From assembly GCA_964361325.1 (NCBI GenBank), contig CAYHZT010000001.1, positions 1 through 40,752 of the forward strand: a stretch of 40,752 bases of DNA, given 5' to 3'. The translations under genes were made by a program, and so were the position numbers. The notes below the pieces were generated by a model that made no database searches, was not told the DNA's origin, and saw nothing but the letters and a program-made list of their open reading frames with translations. Source of the stretch: an uncultured Candidatus Saccharibacteria bacterium (GTDB lineage Bacteria; Patescibacteriota; Minisyncoccia; UBA6257; WO2-44-18). Shown here in pieces: positions 32,432 to 40,752 of the stretch; the stretch's first letter is position 1; every line of letters begins with the position of its first letter.

Positions 32432-34237
32432 ATGGCCAGCGAACTTAATGTCGAGGATTTAGTTTTTAACGAACATCGCAATGAGCCGGACTACTTAGAG
32501 TTGCCGCTTTCTCGTCAAACGTTCTTGTTGGTGGCGTTGGCGGTGATAGCTATCGGTCTGGTAATACTAAGCCGAGCGGTTTTTTTAATTTTTTTCAAAG
32601 GCGATTTTTATGTCAGTCGCGCCGGCGCGAACGTCAATAAACAAATCGATATGCCGGCTCCGCGGGGTATTATTTTGGACCGTTTTGGAAAACCGTTGAC
32701 GGAAAACACAAGCTCTTTCACTGCATTCGTAAATGCCGTGGAAATTTTAAAAAGTCCTGGCGAATCCGAAGCTTTAATTGTCAGACTTGCGGAGATTTTT
32801 AATATTTCCCCGGAAGGGTTTAAAACAATGATCAGCCGAGCCGATTTAGAAAAAAAAACTTTTATCCCGATCGCGCGTAATATTTCTTTGAGCCAAGCCA
32901 TTCAATTACGGAGTTTGAATCTGCCGGCGATTCAGATCGAAGATGATTATATTCGCAAATATCCCGACGGTCCGGCCTTCAGTCATATTCTCGGGTATGT
33001 CGGGGTTTCGGACGAAGATAATAGTATTGTCGGAAAATCCGGATTGGAGGCCCAGTACGATAATCTACTGCGGGGAGCTGACGGTGAATTGATTATTTAT
33101 CGGAACGTGGACGGAAAGCCGTTGGATCAAAAAGTTACCAGAGAACCGGCCGCCGGTTCTGATCTGACTACAACTATAGATGCCGATCTGCAAAAGTTTT
33201 TCTACCAGCGGCTTCAAAGCGGCTTGGCCAGTTTAGGCAGGGAAGCGGGCGTGGGTTTGGCTATTGATCCGCGCAACGGAGAGGTTCTTGCCCTTATTAG
33301 CTTGCCGGGTTTTGATAACAATCAAGTATCAAAATATCTTAAGGCCAGCAATCAGCCGCTTTTCAACCGGGCAATTTCCGGCACGTATACCCCCGGTTCC
33401 ACCATCAAGACAATGGTGGCCCTGGCCGCTTTAAAAGAAAAAATCGTGGATCCGAAATTTCAAATTTTTTCTGCCGGTTTCATTGAAATTCCGAATCCTT
33501 ACGACAAAGAGCATCCCAGCCGTTTTCTGGATTGGAAGGCGCATGGCTGGGTAGACATTTATTCGGCCCTCGCTCGTTCCAGCAACGTTTATTTTTATGA
33601 AGTAGGAGGCGGGTTTGAGGGCCTAAAAGGATTAGGCATCGTGCGTTTAATTGATTATTGGAAAAAATTTTTACTTGGGGAAAAAACCGGAGTGGACTTG
33701 CCTGAGGAAAATTCCGGTTTTTTGCCAAACCCGGAAGAAAAAGAAAAGCGCACCGGCCAAATTTGGAGAATTGGCGATACTTATAACGTCACTATCGGAC
33801 AAGGGGATCTACTCGTAACGCCGCTCCAGCTTTTGAATTTTACCGCTTCTATAGCCAATGGCGGCAAAATTTATCAGCCGCATTTTGTAAACAGCGGCGC
33901 GTCCAGCGTTTTGTTTGACTATTCTGATTGGAAGGATGAGTTAAGTAATGTGCAAGAAGGTATGCGCGACGCGGTGCAGAAATACTACGGCACCGCCAAT
34001 ATGCTGGCCTCCTTGCCGGTTTCTGCTGCTGGCAAGACCGGCAGTTCGCAGGTTGCAAACAATACCAAAACCAATGCCTTTTTCGTCGGTTATTTACCCG
34101 CCGGGATTTCGGAGGAGGAGGGACCTCCAAAGATTGCTATTCTGGTATTAATTGAGAATGCCAGAGAAGGAAGCTTAAATGCCGTTCCAATCGCAAAGGA
34201 TGTTTTGGAGTGGTATTATTACAACAGGTTAAAATGA
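32432..34237 (+). CDS. mrdA: Penicillin-binding protein 2 (elongasome transpeptidase)
   Basis: N-terminal TM helix and a PBP dimerisation domain. Motifs SxxK (GSTIKT), SxN (SSNVYF) and KTG (GKTGSSQ). Confidence 0.85.
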   Translation: MASELNVEDLVFNEHRNEPDYLELPLSRQTFLLVALAVIAIGLVILSRAVFLIFFKGDFYVSRAGANVNKQIDMPAPRGIILDRFGKPLTENTSSFTAFVNAVEILKSPGESEALIVRLAEIFNISPEGFKTMISRADLEKKTFIPIARNISLSQAIQLRSLNLPAIQIEDDYIRKYPDGPAFSHILGYVGVSDEDNSIVGKSGLEAQYDNLLRGADGELIIYRNVDGKPLDQKVTREPAAGSDLTTTIDADLQKFFYQRLQSGLASLGREAGVGLAIDPRNGEVLALISLPGFDNNQVSKYLKASNQPLFNRAISGTYTPGSTIKTMVALAALKEKIVDPKFQIFSAGFIEIPNPYDKEHPSRFLDWKAHGWVDIYSALARSSNVYFYEVGGGFEGLKGLGIVRLIDYWKKFLLGEKTGVDLPEENSGFLPNPEEKEKRTGQIWRIGDTYNVTIGQGDLLVTPLQLLNFTASIANGGKIYQPHFVNSGASSVLFDYSDWKDELSNVQEGMRDAVQKYYGTANMLASLPVSAAGKTGSSQVANNTKTNAFFVGYLPAGISEEEGPPKIAILVLIENAREGSLNAVPIAKDVLEWYYYNRLK

Positions 34238-35220
34238 AGAATTCTGAACTTAGACAAGACCCGGTTTCCGGAGACTGGATAGTAATTGCTCCCGGACGAG
34301 CCAAAAGGCCTCAGCAGTTACTGAATGATGTTCCTAAAAGGAAAAAAGTTTCCAAGAAAAACTGCCCGTTTGAGGATTTACAAAAATCCGGTAATAAACC
34401 GCCTATTTTGACTTATCCTAACCAGCATCATTGGGCATTACAGGTCTTAGAAAATAAATATCCGGCATTAGTTCACCGGCAATTATGCGGCAAGCCAATT
34501 CGGCGCGGTCCGTACTCAATTTTGCCCGGCAGCGGCCACCATGATCTTATCGTTACTTACGACCACAACAAAAATTTTGTCCATCTTTCCGGCGAACAGG
34601 CAAATTTAGTTTTTCAAGCTTTTCGCGACCGTTCATTGATGCTTAGTGATGATAAATGCATTGCTTATATTTCTACTTTTCACAATTGGGGGCCTTCGGC
34701 CGGCGCTTCGGTATATCATCCCCATTATCAGTTGATTGCTCTGCCGGTGGTTCCGCCCGACGTCAATCACTCGCTTCAGGGTTCCGGACGGTTTTATCGC
34801 GAACACAAAAAATGCGTTCATTGCTTAATGATAGAATCGGAACGAGCGGATAAAAAGCGCGTTATCATTGAAAACGAAGGAGCGATAGCTTTCGCGCCGT
34901 TTGTCTCGCGTAGCCCGTTTGAAATTAGAGTATTTCCCAAGAAACACTTGCCATATTTTGAAAACACTTATGACAGCGATATGGCCTCTGTCGTGGATGT
35001 GCTGCGTCGGACTTTGGCAAAAGTGGAAAAAAATTTGCATGATCCCGATTACAATTTTTTCATCCACACCGCACCGATGCAAAATAAGGAAAATTATCGG
35101 CATTATCATTGGCACATCGAAATCATTCCAAAAGTTACCGTTAAAGCGGGCTTTGAATTAGGCACGGGCGTGGAAATAAACGTAGTGGATCCGGATGAGG
35201 CGGCAAAAATTTTAAGATAA
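34234..35220 (+). CDS. Galactose-1-phosphate uridylyltransferase-family (HIT superfamily) nucleotidyltransferase
   Basis: The likely start is the ATG at 34234 (an ATGA overlap with mrdA). RQDPVSGDWIVIAPGRAKRP, and the active-site motif HPHYQ (HxHxQ). Confidence 0.7.
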   Translation: MKNSELRQDPVSGDWIVIAPGRAKRPQQLLNDVPKRKKVSKKNCPFEDLQKSGNKPPILTYPNQHHWALQVLENKYPALVHRQLCGKPIRRGPYSILPGSGHHDLIVTYDHNKNFVHLSGEQANLVFQAFRDRSLMLSDDKCIAYISTFHNWGPSAGASVYHPHYQLIALPVVPPDVNHSLQGSGRFYREHKKCVHCLMIESERADKKRVIIENEGAIAFAPFVSRSPFEIRVFPKKHLPYFENTYDSDMASVVDVLRRTLAKVEKNLHDPDYNFFIHTAPMQNKENYRHYHWHIEIIPKVTVKAGFELGTGVEINVVDPDEAAKILR

Positions 35221-35278
35221 CCTTTTACATTTCGTTATAAATATGTTAGTATGGAGCCGGATTTTTGAAAGGTGAAAA

Positions 35279-35998
35279 ATGTCTTTTCTGAAGATCGGGC
35301 ACCGCGGCGCCCGCGGATATGAACCGGAAAACACAATACGTTCGTTTGAAAAAGCTCTGAGTTTAGGGGTGGATGCCATTGAGTTTGATATTAGGGCTTC
35401 TAAAGATGGTGAAATTGTTGTGATTCACGACGCAACCCTAGATCGAACTACTAATGGCGTTGGTTTTGTTCGCAATCATACCCTGGCGGAATTGAGAGAG
35501 CTGAATGTCGGGCAGAGCGAGCGAATTCCAACCCTGGCTGAAGTTTTAGAAAAATTCGGGAAACGGACGATTATCAATATTGAGATAAAAGAGACGGGCC
35601 TTGCCAAGCAGGTTTTAGATTTGGTTCGTAAGTATGAGTTAGCGGATTCGGTAATAGTCTCGGCTTTTTCTAAAGACGATAATTATCCGCGTTCTTCAAC
35701 TTGGACAGACCTTTTTTGGCTGAAAACACATGAGAAGAAATTGAAAATAGGATTAGCCGCTTACGAAAAAGAATGGGCGGAGCGCGCAGTGACGTTTTCA
35801 GGTCGTGATCAGATGTTCCCGGTGGATTATCTTTGTTTTTCGGCTATGGCGGCTCGGTGGAGGTTAATCCAAAAAGCTCACGAAGAAACCGATGCCAAGG
35901 TGCTGGTTTGGACTGTTAATAATCCGTTTTTAGCCTGCTGGTTTAGGATGATTGGCGCCGACGGAGTATTTTCCGATTATCCGGACCGAATTATTTAA
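35279..35998 (+). CDS. Glycerophosphodiester phosphodiesterase (GDPD family)
   Basis: GHRGARGYEPENT...AIEFDIR.SKDGEIVVIHDATLDRTTNG is the classic GDPD N-terminal signature. The SD is AAAGGTGA. Confidence 0.85.
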   Translation: MSFLKIGHRGARGYEPENTIRSFEKALSLGVDAIEFDIRASKDGEIVVIHDATLDRTTNGVGFVRNHTLAELRELNVGQSERIPTLAEVLEKFGKRTIINIEIKETGLAKQVLDLVRKYELADSVIVSAFSKDDNYPRSSTWTDLFWLKTHEKKLKIGLAAYEKEWAERAVTFSGRDQMFPVDYLCFSAMAARWRLIQKAHEETDAKVLVWTVNNPFLACWFRMIGADGVFSDYPDRII

Positions 35999-36026
35999 TG
36001 AGGACATTACAATGTCCTCATTTTTT
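35998..36026 (+). terminator. Intrinsic terminator
   Basis: ATGAGGACA / TGTCCTCAT palindrome followed by T6. Confidence 0.75.
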
Positions 36027-36040
36027 GTTAATCTAACAAA

Positions 36041-36664
36041 GTGCTTAAAACCTTTATTGATTTTATTATGCATTTGGATGAAAGCTTGGGAGCGATTGTC
36101 CAAACTTACGGTTTTTGGAGTCACTTTCTGATTTTTTTTGTAATTTTCTTGGAAACCGGCGTCGTGGTTACGCCGTTTTTACCGGGAGATTCTTTATTGT
36201 TTGCCGCGGGAGTCTTATCGGCTCAAGGATTTTTAGATCCGATTTTGCTCTTCTTATTGCTTTCGGCAGCGGCAATTTTGGGCGATACGGTTAATTATTG
36301 GCTTGGCTATCGGGTCGGCAAGAAAATTTTTGAACGAGATCGTCCGTTAATCAACAAAAATTACCTTACAAGAGCGGAGAATTTTTACGGCCAACACGGA
36401 AAGCGAGCCATTATCATTGCCCGCTTTCTTCCGATTATTCGCACCTTTGTTCCTTTTATTGCGGGGGTGGGAAAAATGGATTATCGGAATTTCATTGGTT
36501 ATAACATTATTGGCGGCATTCTTTGGGTCGGGCTTTTTGTTTTTGGCGGTTACTTTTTCGGAAATGTTCCGTTTATTAAAGAAAATTTTTCCTTAACTAT
36601 TGTCGCAATAATTATAATCTCTCTTATTCCACCGATAATAGGGTTTTGGCGGCATCGTAAATAA
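36041..36664 (+). CDS. dedA: DedA/SNARE-associated family membrane protein
   Basis: FLETGVVVTPFLPGDSLLFAAG ... GDTVNYWLG ... ARFLPIIRTF.PF.AG. GTG start at 36041, with an alternative ATG at 36068. Confidence 0.8.
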   Translation: MLKTFIDFIMHLDESLGAIVQTYGFWSHFLIFFVIFLETGVVVTPFLPGDSLLFAAGVLSAQGFLDPILLFLLLSAAAILGDTVNYWLGYRVGKKIFERDRPLINKNYLTRAENFYGQHGKRAIIIARFLPIIRTFVPFIAGVGKMDYRNFIGYNIIGGILWVGLFVFGGYFFGNVPFIKENFSLTIVAIIIISLIPPIIGFWRHRK

Positions 36665-36710
36665 AAGTCGAGGGTTTTTTTATTTGCCAGGATAGGGTAA
36701 AATAGTATTT

Positions 36711-37709
36711 ATGAAAGATCTTGGCGATCTTAAAAAATCCGCTCTGGAAGCGGTTAAGGGTTCAAAAGACGCTAAAGAACTGGAAGTAGTTCGGGTCCAG
36801 TATCTTGGCAGAAAAGACGGCGAGTTGACGAAGGTTTTGCGATCTTTGAAAAATTTATCCGTTGCTCAGAAGCGGAAAGTGGGAACGGAAGCTAACGCGT
36901 TGCGGCGGGATTTAGAAGGGGCGTTGGCTAAAAAGTTAGGAGATTTAAAATCTAGGGATGTTCGGCTAAGTCCAACTTTAGACGTGACTATGCCCGGCAA
37001 AAAAATCACCGTTGGCCATTTACACCCACTCACTCTTATTGAAAATCGTATTCGGGAAATATTCACTGGTTTAAACTTTTCAGTCGTTGAAGGTCCGGAA
37101 GCGGAAACCGAGCATTACAATTTTGATGCACTCAATATTCCCGCGAATCATCCGGCTAGGGATATGTGGGACACTTTTTGGTTGGATTCTAAATTTAAAT
37201 CACAAAATTCTAAAATGCTGCTTCGTACTCACACAAGTCCGATGCAGATTAGGTATATGGAAAAACACCAGCCGCCTTTTCAAATTATTGTTCCGGGCCG
37301 GGTTTTTCGTTTTGAAGCGACCGCCGCCTCTCATGAAGTCAATTTCCATCAAGTAGAAGGTTTGATGGTGGGAGACGAACGCGTCAATCTCTCCAATTTT
37401 AAGTACGTAATAACAGAATTTTTTAAACAGCTTTTCGGTCCGAGTACGCCCGTCCGTTTCAGGCCCAGTTACTTTCCATTCGTGGAACCGGGTCTGGAAG
37501 TAGACATCAGCCTAAACGGTAAATGGCTGGAGGTAATGGGCGCCGGAATGGTGCACCCGAAGGTTTTTGACGCCGTTCGCTACAATCCCCAAAAAGTCCA
37601 AGGCTTTGCTTTTGGTTTGGGGCTGGAACGCCTGGCAATGATTAAATACAACATTCCCGATATCCGATTGTTTTATTCGGGCGACTTGCGATTTATCAAT
37701 CAATTCTAG
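36711..37709 (+). CDS. pheS: Phenylalanine--tRNA ligase alpha subunit
   Basis: HPL...I..IF...GF, DALNIP..HPARDM.DTF, LLRTHTSP.QIR, FR.....A.H...FHQ.EGL, G.AFGLGLERLAM. Confidence 0.9.
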   Translation: MKDLGDLKKSALEAVKGSKDAKELEVVRVQYLGRKDGELTKVLRSLKNLSVAQKRKVGTEANALRRDLEGALAKKLGDLKSRDVRLSPTLDVTMPGKKITVGHLHPLTLIENRIREIFTGLNFSVVEGPEAETEHYNFDALNIPANHPARDMWDTFWLDSKFKSQNSKMLLRTHTSPMQIRYMEKHQPPFQIIVPGRVFRFEATAASHEVNFHQVEGLMVGDERVNLSNFKYVITEFFKQLFGPSTPVRFRPSYFPFVEPGLEVDISLNGKWLEVMGAGMVHPKVFDAVRYNPQKVQGFAFGLGLERLAMIKYNIPDIRLFYSGDLRFINQF

Positions 37710-37718
37710 TTGTTTTTA

Positions 37719-39719
37719 ATGAAATTTTCTTATTCCTTAATCAAAAAATTATCTACCAGAATTCCTGCCAAGGGCAAATTGGCGGAAAAGTTCAATTTTC
37801 ACGCCTTTGAAACCGAGGATGCCGGCGGGGATACTTTGGAAATCGCCATTCCTGCCAATCGTTATTCCGACGCTTCTTCTCATTGGGGAATCGCCAAAAT
37901 CGCAGCGGCGGTTTTTAACGGTAGCGTCAAAAACCCTTGGAAAGGGAAGAGTCCGAAAGTAGAAATAAAAAATAATAAACCGATTATCAAAATTTTGGCA
38001 AAAAAAGAGTGTCGTCGTTATTCGGGCCGTTATTTTGAAATTTCCAGAATCGGCGATTCCCCGGAGTGGATGAAGGGCGTTTTACGTTCTTGCGGTTTGC
38101 GGCCGATTAACGCGGTGGTGGACATAATGAATTACGTGATGTTGGAAACAGGCCAGCCGCTTCACGCCTTTGATGCCAATTTAGTCGCGGAAGAAATCAG
38201 CGTACGATTGGCAAGGCCCGGCGAAGAAATTTTAACTATTGATGGAGGAAGCCAAAAATTAAACGAATCTGATTTAGTGATTGCCGACGTAAAGGGCCCG
38301 CTCGCGATTGCTGGCGTCAAGGGCGGAAAGCGCGCGGAAGTCAGTCCGGCCACCAGAAGAATTATCGTGGAGGCGGCTAACTTTGACTCGGCGGGAATCT
38401 ATAAAACTTCGCGGCGGCTCAATCTTTTTACCGACGCCTCGGCGCGATTTTCTCACGGTTTGAGTCCGACGCTGGTTGATTCTGGTATGGGCAGGGCAAC
38501 AGAACTTCTTAAGGAAATTTGCAAGGCCAAAGTTGGAGAAATAAACGAAGCGGGTTTTATTAAAGAACCAAAACGAGTTTTAAAATTTGATATCAACAGA
38601 TTCAATCTTCTTGCCGGTCTGGAGATGAAAGATAAAACCGCGGTGGATTACCTTAAACGAATCGGTTTTAAGATTAGTGGATCCGCCGGTCGGCGATTCG
38701 TAGAAGTGCCGCCGGAACGGACCGATATCTCTATCTTTGAAGATTTAGTTGAAGAAATCGTCAATCTTTATGGTTACGAAAAACTTCCGGCCAATCCGCC
38801 ACGCGTTCCGTTGATTCCGGTGCGTAACGAAGCAAGTGTTCTATTGAAAGAGAAGGTGCGAGAAATTATGCGCGGTTTTGGCTTAAGCGAAATTTATAAT
38901 TATTCTTTTGTATCTCGTAAGGAATTGGTTGAGTATGCCGAACCCAAATGGTGGGGAGCGGTTTCTCTTTTAAATCCGATCAGCGCCGATTTCCAATATT
39001 TGCGGCCGAGCTTGGCTCTGCATTTAATGCGCAACGTCAAGGATAATCTGCGCTTTTACGATAGCGTTAGGATTTTCGAAATCGGAAAAACTTTTGTGGA
39101 TAAAAACAACGAATTTGAAGAAAATCTGATGCTGGGAGTAGCAATCGGTCTAAAGCAGAATTTACCCGCCGGCAAGCCAGAAAATCCGATATTTGAATTA
39201 AAGGGTCTGATTAACGAATTGCTTCAGCAACTCGGGCTGACGGAATGTTTTTTGCGTGATTTGGATTGGGATTTACGGTTTTTGAATCAGGATAATAGCT
39301 TGCGAATTGAAGCGGATCACCAAGTATTAGGGTATGTCGGTTTGCCGAAAAATTCCAACGGAATAGCGATTGCCGAAATTTATCTGGAGAAACTTTTTCA
39401 GTTGATTGAAGGGGAAAAGGAGTATGAACCAATCTCCAAATACCCGTCAATTATGCGAGATATTTCCTTGTTGGTACGCAAGGATTTACGGGTAAATCAG
39501 ATTTTGGAGGAAATGCAGCGGGCAGCTCCCAAGCTTTTGGACGATGTGGATTTGGTGGATTTTTACGAGGACCCGAATCTTAAAGAAGGGCGCAAGAGTT
39601 TGACTTTTCGGCTGGTTTTCCAGGCCGACGATCGTACTTTAACCGATGGGGAAGTGGGTCAAGAAATGGAAAAAATTATCAGCGCGCTTACCGAGCAATT
39701 TGAGGTGGAAGTAAGGTAG
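37719..39719 (+). CDS. pheT: Phenylalanine--tRNA ligase beta subunit (666 aa, shorter than the ~800-aa canonical form)
   Basis: The likely start is the ATG at 37719 (MKFSYSLIKKL). B3/4 block (NAVVDIMNYVMLETGQPLHAFD), B5 domain, and a C-terminal FDX-ACB-like domain (YPSIMRDISL...LTFRLVFQA.DRTLTD). Confidence 0.9.
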   Translation: MKFSYSLIKKLSTRIPAKGKLAEKFNFHAFETEDAGGDTLEIAIPANRYSDASSHWGIAKIAAAVFNGSVKNPWKGKSPKVEIKNNKPIIKILAKKECRRYSGRYFEISRIGDSPEWMKGVLRSCGLRPINAVVDIMNYVMLETGQPLHAFDANLVAEEISVRLARPGEEILTIDGGSQKLNESDLVIADVKGPLAIAGVKGGKRAEVSPATRRIIVEAANFDSAGIYKTSRRLNLFTDASARFSHGLSPTLVDSGMGRATELLKEICKAKVGEINEAGFIKEPKRVLKFDINRFNLLAGLEMKDKTAVDYLKRIGFKISGSAGRRFVEVPPERTDISIFEDLVEEIVNLYGYEKLPANPPRVPLIPVRNEASVLLKEKVREIMRGFGLSEIYNYSFVSRKELVEYAEPKWWGAVSLLNPISADFQYLRPSLALHLMRNVKDNLRFYDSVRIFEIGKTFVDKNNEFEENLMLGVAIGLKQNLPAGKPENPIFELKGLINELLQQLGLTECFLRDLDWDLRFLNQDNSLRIEADHQVLGYVGLPKNSNGIAIAEIYLEKLFQLIEGEKEYEPISKYPSIMRDISLLVRKDLRVNQILEEMQRAAPKLLDDVDLVDFYEDPNLKEGRKSLTFRLVFQADDRTLTDGEVGQEMEKIISALTEQFEVEVR

Positions 39720-39755
39720 TTTCACTCCTTTTGCTCTTCTCTATCATACGCCGAC

Positions 39756-39784
39756 TTGTAAGCGTTACTTAGTCGTGTTAGTTT
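39756..39784 (+). promoter_or_regulatory. Promoter candidate (TTGTAA-17 nt-TGtTAGTTT) for the lipoprotein gene
   Basis: Hexamers at 39756-39761 and 39779-39784, with an upstream TG. Confidence 0.35.
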
Positions 39785-39813
39785 AGTGCCGGTTCGTTGA
39801 AGGAGGAAAAACG

Positions 39814-40383
39814 ATGACGAGAATCGCGTCCCTTTTTTTGGCTCTTGGATTTTTGATATGTTCTGCGGGTTGTATTGGCAGTAAAAAGAACGAAAGAATC
39901 GAGGTTTTTAAAGAGAACGTGAAGAAAGAAGAGGTCAAAGAAGCCAAGCGGGTCAAAGAATATGTGAATTTTCCTTTGGCCAAAGTATGCCCCTTCAAGG
40001 ATAATGATGGTTATGTGATTTTCAATGTAGGATATTCTCATGAACGGGAGTACTGGGATAAGCACATTGTGGTTTTTGTTAGTAAAGATGATTGCGATGT
40101 TGTTAAATCAGACGCCCAAAATTACACTTCGCTTCGTGTTCCCCTAGACGACAATCATGCCTATAATTCAGGCTTTAATATTCTTAATCCATACGCAAGC
40201 GATAGTACGATTGATTGCGATCATTACGATAAGTTGAGTATCGTAGTGCCAACCGAAGAAGATCGTCTAATTTGGCAAAAATGGCTGGACGATCGGAAGG
40301 AAAAATACAAACAACACAAACGCGCCCAAGAAGAGGAATTTAATCGCAGATACAAAAATCGGGTTCTTCCTCCAAAGGACTAA
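39814..40383 (+). CDS. Putative lipoprotein, unknown family
   Basis: Lipobox-like LICSAGC after a hydrophobic h-region. Strong SD GAAGGAGGAAAAA. 189 aa, Lys/Glu-rich, several Cys residues. Confidence 0.6.
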   Translation: MTRIASLFLALGFLICSAGCIGSKKNERIEVFKENVKKEEVKEAKRVKEYVNFPLAKVCPFKDNDGYVIFNVGYSHEREYWDKHIVVFVSKDDCDVVKSDAQNYTSLRVPLDDNHAYNSGFNILNPYASDSTIDCDHYDKLSIVVPTEEDRLIWQKWLDDRKEKYKQHKRAQEEEFNRRYKNRVLPPKD

Positions 40384-40395
40384 ATCCTTACAATA

Positions 40396-40420
40396 CCAGC
40401 CCCTAAAGGGCTGGTTTTTT
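40396..40420 (+). terminator. Intrinsic terminator
   Basis: CCAGCCC / GGGCTGG stem with a 5-nt loop, followed by T6. Confidence 0.8.
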
Positions 40421-40425
40421 GATTG

Positions 40426-40688
40426 CCCTCTATTTTCATATCAGCTCTCGCCGCGTTGTTAGGTAAAATGCGATAGATTAAGGAGCGAATCCGTGGCTGT
40501 AGACTCTACTGCCAGGATGAAGCGACGAAAAGCTATCGCATTTTGACAACAACCCTTCGGGATGCGGCTATTTTGTTTCATAGCTTTGTTTTTCGGGTTC
40601 GGAGTGGAGTCCACACCCTTACCCTCAAAATCGCGCTCTAAAACAAAATAGCTCGCATCGCGGCTGAGATTGGTATGGAAATAGAGGG
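40426..40688 (+). other. 263-nt element with 30-nt terminal inverted repeats enclosing two long internal hairpins (structured RNA or MITE-like element)
   Basis: Arms at 40426-40455 and 40659-40688. Hairpin A closes with AAAATGCGATAG/CTATCGCATTTT (40465-40476/40533-40544). Hairpin B closes with GATGCGGCTATTTTGTTT/AAACAAAATAGCtCGCATC (40561-40578/40641-40659). Confidence 0.45.
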
Positions 40689-40695
40689 TATAATT

Positions 40696-40704
40696 TGTTA
40701 TAAT
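40696..40704 (+). promoter_or_regulatory. Extended -10 element (TGtTATAAT) for the gene starting at 40738
   Basis: This is the same 9-mer found upstream of the M16 peptidase gene. A second TATAAT lies at 40689-40694. Confidence 0.4.
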
Positions 40705-40737
40705 TAACGTATCAAAAGCGCAGGGCTTTTTTGTTTA

Positions 40738-40752
40738 TGGCCAAAATTAAAA
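40738..40752 (+). CDS. Start of an unidentified CDS (MAKIK...), truncated by the window end
   Basis: An ATG followed by an open frame to the edge. Only 5 codons are visible. Confidence 0.25.

Noticed and set aside
32160-32462. 100-aa plus-strand ORF spanning the mreD-mrdA spacer.
   Set aside because: It overlaps the ends of both flanking genes, has no SD or promoter of its own, and runs through two perfect palindromes and a long helix. I treat it as fortuitous, but conservation was not tested.
10424-36710. T-box leaders upstream of alaS, proS and pheS.
   Set aside because: alaS overlaps its upstream gene. The proS and pheS upstream spacers are only about 45-70 nt and have no specifier-loop or T-box (GGUGGUACCGCG-like) sequence.
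40480-40580. Faint resemblance to RNase P RNA conserved regions (AAGGAGCGAAUCC versus GAGGAAAGUCC; GGAUGAAG; ACAACAACCC...GGCUAU versus ACAGAACCCGGCUUA).
   Set aside because: The putative P4 strands are not complementary. The GGCUAUUUUG segment is instead perfectly paired in an 18-bp local hairpin. No specificity domain is present.
40662-40669. GGCTGAGA resembling the TPP riboswitch CUGAGA box.
   Set aside because: No ACCUGAUCUGGAUAAUGCCAGCG-like partner or pyrimidine-sensor helix follows it.
40426-40752. Retron-like layout: flanking a1/a2 repeats, short hairpins, one long hairpin, then an ORF.
   Set aside because: The downstream ORF has its own TGTTATAAT promoter and a hairpin between it and the element. 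Only 5 of its codons are visible and nothing indicates a reverse transcriptase. I could not evaluate this within the window.
1-40752. CRISPR arrays, transposases, integrases, restriction-modification genes or other defence genes.
   Set aside because: I saw no regularly spaced direct repeats and no ORF with recognisable nuclease, recombinase or methylase motifs.

Overview
This window is gene-dense and coded almost entirely on the plus strand. It looks like a housekeeping stretch from a small-genome bacterium, probably Candidate Phyla Radiation/Patescibacteria (Parcubacteria-like). That placement is an inference from reduced protein architectures, a DUF5667-like secreted protein and many genes without a Shine-Dalgarno (SD) sequence. 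Gene order: rpoC (3' part), rpsF-ssb-rpsR, PAP2 phosphatase, DUF502-like protein, rpmB, tRNA-Pro(GGG), cupredoxin, small hypotheticals, dnaG-rpoD, DUF5667-like protein, alaS, thiolase, an FtsA/PilM-like protein plus a membrane protein, infA-rpmJ-rpsM-rpsK-rpsD-rpoA-rplQ-rplM-rpsI, murA, mreB, M16 peptidase, holB, frr, rseP, an orphan secreted protein, proS, mreB-mreC-mreD, mrdA, a galT-like gene, a GDPD phosphodiesterase, dedA, pheS-pheT and a lipoprotein. I found no CRISPR array, transposase, integrase or recognisable multi-gene defence or secretion system. The unexplained signals are mostly non-coding: (1) three intergenic elements built from long inverted repeats (4515-4618, 32224-32406, 40426-40688); (2) an orphan promoter-to-terminator unit of about 190 nt (23044-23262); (3) a 23-nt GC-rich repeat present twice in-frame inside alaS and once after the thiolase gene; (4) a GC-richer patch carrying two self-contained small-ORF cassettes (5028-5851); (5) a split between apparently leaderless housekeeping operons and accessory genes with strong SD sequences. 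All calls come from reading the sequence and from remembered family motifs. No searches or folding programs were run.
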